Source: a virus (lineage: Duplodnaviria > Heunggongvirae > Uroviricota > Caudoviricetes). From it: a stretch of 14,195 nt of DNA. The position numbers were made by a program, and so were the translations under genes. The stretch lies in IMG/VR virus record IMGVR_UViG_2617270940_000003; one strand, 5' to 3'. The notes beneath the pieces are model-generated. The model was not told the DNA's origin, made no database searches, and saw only the letters and a list, made by a program, of their open reading frames with translations. This document shows positions 1 through 7,261 of this stretch, piece by piece. Each line of letters starts with the position of its first letter. Position 1 is the stretch's first letter.

Positions 1-291
1 TATCACCACGTCAAAGGGTGACAGCAGGCTCATAAGACGCCCCAGCGTCGCCATCGTGCGTTCACCGAATACGTGCGCAACAACCGTCTTCCGGAGCCTG
101 TCATACGCGTAAAACAGCCAGCGCTGGCGCGATTTAGCCCCGACGTATCCCCACTGTTCGTCCATTTCCGCGCAGACGATGACGTCACTGCCCGGCTGTA
201 TGCGCGAGGTTACCGACTGCGGCCTGAGTTTTTTAAATGGCGGAAAATCGTGTTGAGGCCAACGCCCATAATGCGGGCGGTTGCCCGGCAT
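1..291 (-). CDS. insB: IS1 InsB, 5' portion only (3' end lies beyond the window start); normally expressed as an InsAB' frameshift fusion
   Basis: Minus-strand frame opens at the ATG at 291-289 ([16 protein letters not shown]...) and continues through ...[20 protein letters not shown] to position 1. It overlaps the 3' end of insA in the -1 frame, as in IS1. Confidence 0.75.
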   Translation of the reverse strand, partial: MPGNRPHYGRWPQHDFPPFKKLRPQSVTSRIQPGSDVIVCAEMDEQWGYVGAKSRQRWLFYAYDRLRKTVVAHVFGERTMATLGRLMSLLSPFDVVI

Positions 292-485
292 CCAACGCCA
301 TTCATGGCCATATCAATGATTTTCTGGTGCGTACCGGGCTGAGAGGCGGTGTAAGTGAACTGTAGTTGCCATGTTTTACGGCAGTGAGAGCAGAGATAGC
401 GCTGATGTCCGGCAGTGCTTTTGCCGTTACGCACCACGCCTTCAGTAGCGGAGCAGGAAGGACATCTGATGGAAATGGAAGCCAC
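210..485 (-). CDS. insA: IS1 InsA (transposition repressor / N-terminal part of the InsAB' transposase)
   Basis: 91-aa [42 protein letters not shown]... with the Cys-rich zinc-finger N-terminus and HTH typical of IS1 InsA. Confidence 0.9.
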   Translation of the reverse strand: MASISIRCPSCSATEGVVRNGKSTAGHQRYLCSHCRKTWQLQFTYTASQPGTHQKIIDMAMNGVGCRATARIMGVGLNTIFRHLKNSGRSR

Positions 486-618
486 GCAAGCACCTTAAAA
501 TCACCATCATACACTAAATCAGTAAGTTGGCAGCATTACCCTATTTCTGTAGTCACTTTTGTGGGGACAGTCCACAAAACTGCCAACTTCCGCTTCTTGC
601 TCTTAGCGGACATTAGCA

Positions 619-2231
619 TAGGCTATTTACCATAACGCCTCATTACGCGCACCGCCCAGACTGACTCAGCGCGTTTCTGGCATATCCCCGGTAAAACAAG
701 TAACAAACCACCCGAAAATGAACACCAGAAACGCGACTTAAGAATCTACCCTATGAATGGATATGCACTCAACCGAATCGATCTTGGTTTCAATCTTTTT
801 TATCGGGATCAGGCTTCTTTTTAGGTAACTTCGGGGGCTTAACTTGCTGATGACTTTGCGTTCGGCGCGTAAGCCAGGGATGGTCAGCTTTAGGTTTAAC
901 ATAGTATTTTGAGCGTAAATCAATACGGGCATTATCCACTCGTTCATGGACACTCTTTTCATCATCCAGTGGTATAGGCTCCGGGCCATCAACATACTTT
1001 TCCCAGCCCAGCGCTTTCCCGTCATACAGAACGTTAATTTCACCGTCAAAGTTCTCGCATACAGTAACAACCGAATGCCTAAGTCGATATCCCCGGCTCT
1101 CACTGCGTACCTGAAACGCACTGCTTTTGTACTGGAAAGTGAGATTTTTAGACAGAACGCGCTTCGCCTGTAGGCTGAAGATATAACCCAGTTCCTCTTC
1201 AGAATGGTGCACATCAAGATGAGCATTATCAGTAGTACGAGGCGACGTAGCGAACCGGTTGTTATAGGCTTCAATAAAGGTCGGCAACCATGCATTTGCT
1301 GTTTCAATATCACTGATATTCTGAAGCCGCATTTCTTTGACCAGCCTGTCCTGTAGTGTCTGATTGGCGCGCTCTACCCGCCCTTTTGCCTGCGGGCTGT
1401 TGGCATGGATTGGCTCGATGCCCAGTGTCTTTATCGCACGAGTGAACTGGGTCAGCTCACCTTCCCGCTCTGGGTTATTTACCCTGAATATACTGTGTCT
1501 ATCAGAGTAGAGAGCGAGCGGTACGCCATGATCATTAAGGTAACCCCGGAGGGTTTCCATGTAAGCCCGGGTTGTTTCAGCAGGCACAAAACGCAACGCC
1601 ATCAACGCACTGGTGGCATCATCAATGAAAACGATCAGTGTACATCTGGGGCCTCGATTTTCAAACCAGTCATGAGGTGAGCCATCAATCTGGATCAGTT
1701 CACCGTAAGATGGTCGTCGCATGCGGCGTTGATATATACGGGCAATTTTACGACGGCGTTCACGCCATAACCCCTCTTCTATCATCCACTTTCTGAGAGT
1801 TTCAACGGATAAAGATAAACCGTGTATCTCGCGCAATTTTTCGCACGCAAACGTAGGTCCAAAATCAGCGTAACGGCCTTTGAGGAGTGAAATTACTGTT
1901 GCTCTGAATTCAGTAGAAAAGGAATTATTAGGACGCTTTCCACGTCGGTGGGAAACCAGACCAGAAGGCCCTTCATTTCTATACCGTTGCACCAGACGTT
2001 TAACCTGCCGAATAGAAATGCCAATGCGTGCCGCAGCTTGTTCCTGAGTAATATGTCGATTAATTGACTCCTGAATAATCTGAAGTCGGTGGAGTTCCTT
2101 ATGACTCATCGTAACAGTCTCTTTGATCATGAAAAATCCCCCAGAGAATTGTCTGGGGACATTTTAGAATGGTTCAAAGGGGACATTACAGCTTGGTGTT
2201 AACAATAGCCTGCTTCTCCGTGCCTTTCGGC
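619..2231 (-). mobile_element. Tentative extent of the IS carrying the 446-aa transposase; ends not resolved
   Basis: Only a weak imperfect inverted match between 619-640 (aggctatttaccataacgcc) and the reverse complement of 2210-2231 (aggctattgttaacaccaagc). Hairpins at 2148-2167 (ccccaga-N6-tctgggg) and 2237-2254 (cggagaagc-N0-gcttctccg) lie in or just beyond the transposase leader. No clear target-site duplication found. Confidence 0.3.
790..2130 (-). CDS. DDE-type transposase with N-terminal HTH and rve (integrase-core) domain, ISNCY (IS1202-group) or IS481-like
   Basis: 446-aa ORF. N-terminal HTH (ITQEQAAARIGISIRQVKRLVQRY). Catalytic-core candidates LIQIDGSPHDW (D), LYSDRHSIF (D), GRVERANQTLQ (E). 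Lys/Pro-rich basic C-terminal tail. Family assignment is from motif layout and length, not a search. Confidence 0.8.
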   Translation of the reverse strand: MIKETVTMSHKELHRLQIIQESINRHITQEQAAARIGISIRQVKRLVQRYRNEGPSGLVSHRRGKRPNNSFSTEFRATVISLLKGRYADFGPTFACEKLREIHGLSLSVETLRKWMIEEGLWRERRRKIARIYQRRMRRPSYGELIQIDGSPHDWFENRGPRCTLIVFIDDATSALMALRFVPAETTRAYMETLRGYLNDHGVPLALYSDRHSIFRVNNPEREGELTQFTRAIKTLGIEPIHANSPQAKGRVERANQTLQDRLVKEMRLQNISDIETANAWLPTFIEAYNNRFATSPRTTDNAHLDVHHSEEELGYIFSLQAKRVLSKNLTFQYKSSAFQVRSESRGYRLRHSVVTVCENFDGEINVLYDGKALGWEKYVDGPEPIPLDDEKSVHERVDNARIDLRSKYYVKPKADHPWLTRRTQSHQQVKPPKLPKKKPDPDKKD

Positions 2232-2464
2232 ACGTAAGAGGCTAACCTACATGTGTCTAGCATGAAATTGGCCTCAGATTAATGTTAAGCGTCTTGCAGG
2301 ACGCGTAATGTTAACTGGGGCTTTTCTCTATCTGCCGTTGGTGTCCATGCCCGAGGCAGATAGCCTCAAGCACCCGCAGTCATTCTACTTAACTAAGATT
2401 TCCCCGCAAACCGTTTTTGTCCAGCACAGTAAATATCCAACTAAACCAATGGAGTTCGCTGTAT

Positions 2465-2644
2465 TTACCGCCAGTATTCAATGCACATGACCGCCATGAA
2501 CACCCCTAAAAAAAGGGCATTTATATATCCAAATATTAATATCAAAACATCAACTTTTTCCATATACCTTGCTGTGAAGATGATGGGCATACATGATGCG
2601 AACAACCAGAACGCAACAAACAAAAACTGCAATGCGTTTTTCAT
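2465..2644 (-). CDS. Small hydrophobic protein, 59 aa, two predicted transmembrane segments; function unknown
   Basis: Internal ATG of the listed 72-aa ORF, preceded on the minus strand by a canonical Shine-Dalgarno (gtAGGAGGaataATG). Product MKNALQFLFVAFWLFASCMPIIFTARYMEKVDVLILIFGYINALFLGVFMAVMCIEYWR. AT-rich, island-like context. Confidence 0.4.
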   Translation of the reverse strand: MKNALQFLFVAFWLFASCMPIIFTARYMEKVDVLILIFGYINALFLGVFMAVMCIEYWR

Positions 2645-2901
2645 TATTCCTCCTACAATCAATGTGCAATTACATTTAAACACACCTCAATTTGGCCGGA
2701 CATATAAATATCTAAACCAGAAAAAATCACTTACATAGCGTTACAAACTCTTTAGTCTAAAGGTTCATCGTAAAACATTCCCCATACTTATCAGTCCGTT
2801 CCGCGCCAGGTAGCTCATTGCCTTATCTGGCAACCTGTAATCAGGTTTCCGCTTTTTCAGTTGGCTGGTCGTTTAACCGACATAGTTAATCCATTAATCT
2901 A

Positions 2902-3532
2902 GTTGCCGGATGTTGGTGGATTTTCGCGTTTTAGTTGTTCATAAAAGTGCACAGCTTTAACCAGTTCTTCTGATGTAACCGGGACTGGTGAGGCAGTGAA
3001 TAAGGCCTGAATTTGATAGTTCGGCCTGTCGTTACAATCCTCTTTTTTCGGTACATATTTCCAGTCACCAGACCACTACTTCCCCTGAAAGTCCGTAACG
3101 CTTTTTTCACGTAGCGATATCGCCATGCCACTGGTTTTGCTTGCCCGCCGTTTCATGCCCTTCCTGATAATTAATCTCGCTCATTCATCGCCCCACTCAT
3201 CACAATATGCTTCGACCGGAGTTTTTCCCGCTTCATAGTCATCACGCTAGGATTCGACATCAGCAGCACTTCCACCGCGTAATTCACCATAGTCCATTAA
3301 TAGTTCATCCCGCTCTTCAAAACTGATGTTATATTTAGCTGAACAAAAATCAGCCACTTTGTTCTTCCTCATCGTCTTTTATTTCGTGGTATGAGTAATT
3401 GCAGTAGTTAAAGAAAATTTCTTATGCTCCGTCATGAATTTCATCAGGTGTTGCGTCATCGTCCACTTCGAATACATCCTCAAAATCTCCACCAGCTATT
3501 TCCGTTTCAATAATAATTTTGAACTTTCGCAT
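2902..3532 (-). pseudogene. Run of decayed small phage (nin-region-like) ORFs on the minus strand: fragments in three frames, one in-frame TAG and at least one frameshift
   Basis: Hand translation gives a 36-aa ORF (3425-3532, MRKFKIIIETEIAGGDFEDVFEVDDDATPDEIHDGA); a 41-aa ORF (3251-3372) whose frame continues after a TAG at 3250-3248 as RDDYEAGKTPVEAYCDEWGDE; an ATGA stop/start overlap into MSEINYQEGHETAGKQNQWHGDIAT; and a start-less protein-like frame ...WSGDWKYVPKKEDCNDRPNYQIQALFTASPVPVTSEELVKAVHFYEQLKRENPPTSGN ending at 2902. Confidence 0.4.
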
Positions 3533-3794
3533 TTCACTACCGCCCTTTCGGGCGGCCTCCTGATGTTCTGAGGGTGCAGAAATCCATCCGGTTAAGGATT
3601 AAGTTTTATTTACAGAACTGAATTTAATTATTCAGATATACGTATCTGTAACCTTACGAATCTACTCACTGGATGCCTCTTTCATAAAAATAATCCAGTG
3701 GGTTTTATCGTTTTTTCCCTGTTCGTTGACAGATAACAGGCTTTCTATCTGTCAGTGCCAGAATCTGGCTTACCGGTATTTGCGTTTCATTCCA

Positions 3795-4151
3795 TTAAAA
3801 AATCAGAACGCCGTGCGGCCTCAACACCCGAAAAGCTTCTTTAAATCTCTGTCGCAAATCATCACGCCAGGCATCTTTATTCAGCCGTCCATATTTCTTT
3901 CCCATCCAGGCGTTATCACCAACACGCTCAAGATGCGGAGGGTCTAATACAACCATCGAAAAAGATGCGTCTGCAAATGATAATGCACGAAAATCTGCGA
4001 TAATGTCAGGGCTGATAATCAAGCGTCTCCCATTGCGTAATGTGTATCCTTCTTTTCTGATATCGCTGAATATCGCCCGTTTGTCAGACTTATCGAACCA
4101 GAACATGCGGCTGCCACAGCACATATCAAGAATGGTTGCCGGTGCACTCAC
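3795..4151 (-). CDS. Putative DNA (amino) methyltransferase, probably C-terminally truncated (catalytic motifs I and IV only, 118 aa)
   Basis: ILDMCCGS (AdoMet-binding motif-I-like) near the N-terminus and VVLDPPH (DPPY/H-type motif IV) about 60 residues later. No room for a target-recognition domain. Start overlaps the upstream ORF stop (ATGA at 4148-4151). Downstream sequence is decayed. Confidence 0.5.
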   Translation of the reverse strand: MSAPATILDMCCGSRMFWFDKSDKRAIFSDIRKEGYTLRNGRRLIISPDIIADFRALSFADASFSMVVLDPPHLERVGDNAWMGKKYGRLNKDAWRDDLRQRFKEAFRVLRPHGVLIF

Positions 4152-4570
4152 TGCGCCACGTCCTGAAAATTACCCTGATAGAAAGCCAGTATGCGCTGCA
4201 TAACTTCGCTCTTCCGGCACTCGCGACAGATTATGTTTAGGCGACTGTCGTAGCGACGTATTTCTCCGTCAGGTGATGACCAGATAAGGTCCGGATCAAC
4301 CACAGCAGGTTTCTTCACCTTTGCCCTCGAGAGTTTTTTGCGGGCGTTTTGCCAGTCCTTACGCGCCTGTTCAGAGGGGAATAACCCGTAGCCGGAGTTG
4401 TATACATCGCCACTGGCTACCAGCTCTCTGGCAAGAACGCTCATCAGATATCTAGTCGCACCTGTTTTAGCTTCCAGTTGCCGTAACGTCTCACGGCCGC
4501 TCTGGCGCACGAGTTCCACCACCTGCCATTTAATTTTTTCCCGCTCTTCTTGTGTAAAAACTTTTGCCAC
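4148..4570 (-). CDS. Hypothetical phage protein, 140 aa, basic
   Basis: Complete ORF in an operon-like array, translationally coupled to the downstream methyltransferase fragment; no recognisable motif. Confidence 0.55.
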   Translation of the reverse strand: MAKVFTQEEREKIKWQVVELVRQSGRETLRQLEAKTGATRYLMSVLARELVASGDVYNSGYGLFPSEQARKDWQNARKKLSRAKVKKPAVVDPDLIWSSPDGEIRRYDSRLNIICRECRKSEVMQRILAFYQGNFQDVAQ

Positions 4571-4610
4571 AAGTCCCCCTTAAAATTACCTCATGACCTG
4601 AAATCAACAC

Positions 4611-4994
4611 TTATCCTCTGAAACCAGACGGAATTTCTGTATCCGGTTCAGAAATATGATTAACACAACGCTGTACAGGTGAACGTCCCAGGCGGATGAC
4701 CAGTTCGTCCCATTTTTCGCGGAGCTTTGACGGGCTCATGATGTTTTTTACCCAGAATGGATCTCGCTGAACCCGACCAAACATTTCGCAAATTTGTCTG
4801 TGGCTTCTGCCATCCAGCATCCGCATTGTGCGCACGTCATTGGCCCAGGCAGTCCAGTTAGGCTCTTTTGGTCGCATGATCTCGCCATCATCACTGGCTG
4901 CCTGTTCGTAGAGACCCACGATCCGCCCCCAGATCCACTGCGCACACGCCAAATCCTCCCTGCTACCCCACTGGCGTTTTTTCGCACTAAACAC
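4611..4994 (-). CDS. Probable C-terminal domain of the replication initiator, as a separate ORF because of an in-frame TAG; apparent GTG start
   Basis: Same minus-strand frame as 5025-5630. The only stop between them is the TAG at 5027-5025, followed by ten sense codons (DSLTRNSDAV) and then this ORF. Confidence 0.5.
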   Translation of the reverse strand: MFSAKKRQWGSREDLACAQWIWGRIVGLYEQAASDDGEIMRPKEPNWTAWANDVRTMRMLDGRSHRQICEMFGRVQRDPFWVKNIMSPSKLREKWDELVIRLGRSPVQRCVNHISEPDTEIPSGFRG

Positions 4995-5024
4995 AACCGC
5001 GTCGGAGTTCCGGGTTAAAGAATC

Positions 5025-5630
5025 CTATTCAGTCGTCTGCGGGTCCGGTTGCGAAGCTTCCGGACGAAAAGTGTTTTTATTCTCTGTAGTAATCTCTGTT
5101 GTATTCTCTGTAAGATCATCAGGCCATTTTGACCCGATGACATTGGGTCGTTTTGAACCAATGGAGCGTTTCATTTTGACCTCTTCCATCGTGTCATTTT
5201 GACCTGATGGAGCGGCGCATTTTGAACCGATGGATTCGCTCAATTTGCCACCATCTAAAAGCTCGCTCCCATAGTTGATCGTGTAGAAATTGGTCATATC
5301 GCGCTTTGATTTATTGAGCTTTTCACAACGCAAAAGCCCCAGCGTTTTCAGACTTGCAAACGCGCGCTTTAACGTTGACTCTGACCAGAATGGGAACTGT
5401 TCCAGCCATTGTTCCGTTGTGTTATAAATCCAGCGAACACCATCACATTCCATGCCGGAGTTGGTATCTCTCAACCAGTAGTGCAGTTGTTGCAAAACAA
5501 TGGCTTCGTTTAAGCCAATTTTCATTGCCAGCTGCGTGTTTATAACCAGTGGGCGTTCAGCAAAAAGAAGGCTCATAATTCCATCCAGCTTTTTGTTGGT
5601 ATTGCTGTCGATACGCAAGCTTGAAAGCAA
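5025..5630 (-). CDS. Replication initiator (lambda O-like replisome organiser), N-terminal DNA-binding domain plus linker; ends at an amber codon
   Basis: 201-aa ORF with ...LNEAIVLQQLHYWLRD... helix-turn-helix-like segment and a repetitive linker (SIGSK x3) whose coding DNA is the iteron array. Sits downstream of the Cro-like and cII-position genes. Alternative start Met19 at 5576. Confidence 0.6.
   Translation of the reverse strand: MLSSLRIDSNTNKKLDGIMSLLFAERPLVINTQLAMKIGLNEAIVLQQLHYWLRDTNSGMECDGVRWIYNTTEQWLEQFPFWSESTLKRAFASLKTLGLLRCEKLNKSKRDMTNFYTINYGSELLDGGKLSESIGSKCAAPSGQNDTMEEVKMKRSIGSKRPNVIGSKWPDDLTENTTEITTENKNTFRPEASQPDPQTTE
5124..5233. repeat. Five direct iterons (putative phage replication origin) inside the initiator gene
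   Basis: C(A/G)TTTTGA(A/C)C..GATGG-type repeats starting at 5125, 5149, 5172, 5195, 5218 (23-24 bp periodicity). Flanked at 5081-5111 by three TCTCTGT repeats at 12-bp spacing and an AT-rich tract at 5067-5080. Confidence 0.6.
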
Positions 5631-6078
5631 TTGCTTTTTCTATAAGTTCGTCAGTTTCACGATCCACTACGGCAGGATCAGCAAAAAGCAGTCCGGACTC
5701 CACCACATCGCCATATTCTTTGTTTAACCCGGCGATCATGCACGTGATGCTTTTTCCGTCAGTAATTTCACGATACAACCTGAAATCACTAATCCGGATA
5801 GCCTCCATAATCGCAGGCACTAGCGCCGTGAACTTTTCACGCTTATCCCTGGTGTCGATAGCCTTCCAGCGTTCGAATATCTTCACTCGATTAACACCAA
5901 GCGCTCGCTGATCAACCGCGCCACCTTCATCTGTGACACGCTGAACATCGATGTTCGGGCGCTCTTTCAAAGCCCAGAATGCTTCAGTGATTAATATCGT
6001 CGCCTGCTCCTGTGTCATTCCTGGTCGACATATCCAGGCATCCAGAGCCTCACGAGCCTGTTCAGGAGTGATTTTCAT
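5557..6078 (-). CDS. Hypothetical early protein at the cII position (second gene of the Cro-side operon), 173 aa
   Basis: Complete ORF immediately downstream of the Cro-like gene, overlapping it by 17 nt. No motif recognised. Function inferred only from position. Confidence 0.5.
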   Translation of the reverse strand: MKITPEQAREALDAWICRPGMTQEQATILITEAFWALKERPNIDVQRVTDEGGAVDQRALGVNRVKIFERWKAIDTRDKREKFTALVPAIMEAIRISDFRLYREITDGKSITCMIAGLNKEYGDVVESGLLFADPAVVDRETDELIEKAIAFKLAYRQQYQQKAGWNYEPSFC

Positions 6079-6289
6079 TGTTCAACCGCCCCGCCCGCTT
6101 CGTCTTACGATATTCATCATAAACTTTGGGATCATACTGAAGCTCCCCGCCAGATGCCTCCTGTAGACGCATCGCGCGACCTTCAGGAACCAGTATCCCC
6201 CAAGCAGCAACACTTGCCAGCCTCACTCCTGCGGCATTGGCAAGCTTTGTTTTGCTGCCAAAAAAAGTAATTGCGTCAACTTTAAGCAT
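6062..6289 (-). CDS. dicC: Cro-like HTH repressor, DicC-like (75 aa from Met at 6289; the longer 86-aa frame starts at 6322)
   Basis: HTH segment FFGSKTKLANAAGVRLASVAAW. Divergent from the DicA-like gene across a 48-81 bp intergenic region that contains a palindromic operator. Confidence 0.6.
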   Translation of the reverse strand: MLKVDAITFFGSKTKLANAAGVRLASVAAWGILVPEGRAMRLQEASGGELQYDPKVYDEYRKTKRAGRLNNENHS

Positions 6290-6303
6290 CAAAGCCCCCC
6301 TCT

Positions 6304-6321
6304 TGTTAGACTTTTCTAACA
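6304..6321. promoter_or_regulatory. Palindromic operator candidate TGTTAGA-cttt-TCTAACA in the dicA/dicC divergent promoter region
   Basis: Perfect 7-bp inverted arms with a 4-bp spacer. Same half-site as the palindrome downstream of dicA. Confidence 0.5.
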
Positions 6322-6370
6322 TTATTGTGCGCGGGATACCTAAGTCAAGAAAAATTAGAATTACCTAACT

Positions 6371-6778
6371 ATGGATACAAGAACCCTGGGCCAGCGAGTT
6401 CTGGCGCGACGAAAAGAATTACGCTTAACACAACGAGAAGCCGCGCGCCTCGCTGGAGTTGCTCACGTCACAATTTCACAATGGGAAAGAGACGAAACCC
6501 AGCCAGTCGGAAAACGATTGTTTGCTTTAGCGGATGCTCTGAAGTGCTCACCTACATGGCTAATGTTTGGTGACGAAGACAAGGCACCAGTGCCTGCACA
6601 AGAACTTCATGTGGAAACAGAGCTAACTCCCAACCACAAAGAATTGATCGAATTATTCGATGCTCTTCCATCTTCCGAGCAGGAAGCCTTGCTGTCTGAA
6701 ATGCGCGCAAGAGTAGAAAACTTCAACAAACTCTTCGAAGAAATGCTTAAAGCGCGTAAAAATAAATCAATAAAATAA
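6371..6778 (+). CDS. dicA: XRE-family HTH repressor, DicA-like (repressor of the division-inhibition operon)
   Basis: 135-aa ORF. HTH LTQREAARLAGVAHVTISQWE. Segments ...SPTWLMFGDEDK..., ...ELIELFDALPSSEQ..., ...EMRARVENFNKLFEEMLKAR... match my recollection of E. coli DicA. No S24 peptidase domain. Confidence 0.85.
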   Translation: MDTRTLGQRVLARRKELRLTQREAARLAGVAHVTISQWERDETQPVGKRLFALADALKCSPTWLMFGDEDKAPVPAQELHVETELTPNHKELIELFDALPSSEQEALLSEMRARVENFNKLFEEMLKARKNKSIK

Positions 6779-6813
6779 CATTCTTTTCAAGTGATTAGTT
6801 GCGCCCACCCTTT

Positions 6814-6833
6814 TTGTTAGATCAATCTAACAA
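6814..6833. promoter_or_regulatory. Palindromic operator candidate TTGTTAGA-tcaa-TCTAACAA upstream of ydfA, with a degenerate third copy at about 6851-6867
   Basis: Perfect 8-bp inverted arms with a 4-bp spacer between the dicA stop and ydfA. Partial copy tgttagg-tta-ttctaaa at 6851-6867. Confidence 0.5.
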
Positions 6834-6946
6834 AAAACACTTGCCTCTCATGTTAGGTTATTCTAAATTATTTTCCATCAAGACACCGCACGGTGTTCTC
6901 AGCAAACAGTTCCGCTACCCCGGCGTTAAGGGGAAATGAGGTCAGC

Positions 6947-7102
6947 ATGGATACTATCGATCTTGGCAACAGCGAATCTCTGGTATGTGGCGTGTTCCCC
7001 AACCAGGACGGTACGTTCACCGCGATGACGTATACCAAAAGCAAAACGTTTAAAACCGAAAATGGTGCCCGTCGCTGGCTGGAAAGAAACCCAGGTGAGT
7101 GA
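6947..7102 (+). CDS. ydfA: Small Qin-type prophage protein YdfA-like (51 aa)
   Basis: MDTIDLGNSESLVCGVFPNQDGTFTAMTYTKSKTFKTENGARRWLERNPGE with a GAGG Shine-Dalgarno 7 nt upstream. First gene of the operon leading to dicF and dicB. Confidence 0.75.
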   Translation: MDTIDLGNSESLVCGVFPNQDGTFTAMTYTKSKTFKTENGARRWLERNPGE

Positions 7103-7103
7103 T

Positions 7104-7232
7104 ATGGATTTCGACACAATCATGGAAAAGGCTTACGAAGAATACTTCGAAGGTCTTGCCGACGGCGAAGAAGCTCTCAGCTTCAACGAATTTAAACAGG
7201 CGCTTTCCAGTTCGGCAAAATCTAACGGCTGA
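7104..7232 (+). CDS. ydfB: Small Qin-type prophage protein YdfB-like (42 aa); below the 60-aa ORF-track cutoff
   Basis: ATG 1 nt after the ydfA stop. MDFDTIMEKAYEEYFEGLADGEEALSFNEFKQALSSSAKSNG, stop TGA at 7230-7232. Confidence 0.7.
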   Translation: MDFDTIMEKAYEEYFEGLADGEEALSFNEFKQALSSSAKSNG

Positions 7233-7261
7233 TAAGCGAAACAGCACCGCGAGGAATCAGT

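Larger units (their letters stand above)
1..540 (-). mobile_element. IS1 insertion sequence, partial (window begins inside the element; the insA-proximal terminal inverted repeat ends at 540)
   Basis: The reverse complement of 1-540 reads as IS1 from its left terminus (ggtaatgctgccaacttactgat...) through insA and into insB. The terminal repeat is at 518-540 on the plus strand as atcagtaagttggcagcattacc. Identity is recalled, not searched. Confidence 0.9.

Noticed and set aside
73-342. 89-aa plus-strand ORF inside IS1
   Set aside because: Antisense to insB/insA within a recognised IS1. No ribosome-binding site, Arg/Pro-rich composition; a shadow frame.
738-1313. 191-aa minus-strand ORF and the 75-aa plus-strand ORF (946-1173) overlapping the transposase gene
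   Set aside because: Both lie entirely within the 446-aa transposase coding region in alternative frames. The transposase frame has the conserved motifs.
2833-2857. Possible intrinsic terminator (acctg-taat-caggt followed by ttccgcttttt)
   Set aside because: Stem is only 5 bp and the T-run is displaced by 5 nt. No convincing plus-strand gene ends upstream of it. Too weak to annotate.
2931-3131. 66-aa Arg-rich minus-strand ORF
   Set aside because: A different frame across the same DNA gives a far more protein-like translation (…SEELVKAVHFYEQLKRENPP…). The listed ORF is probably a wrong-frame artefact within the decayed block.
5060-5240. CRISPR-like array suggested by the regular direct repeats
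   Set aside because: Repeat unit is only about 12-16 bp with about 8-bp spacers, there are five copies, and all sit inside a replication-initiator coding sequence. This fits iterons, not CRISPR repeats.
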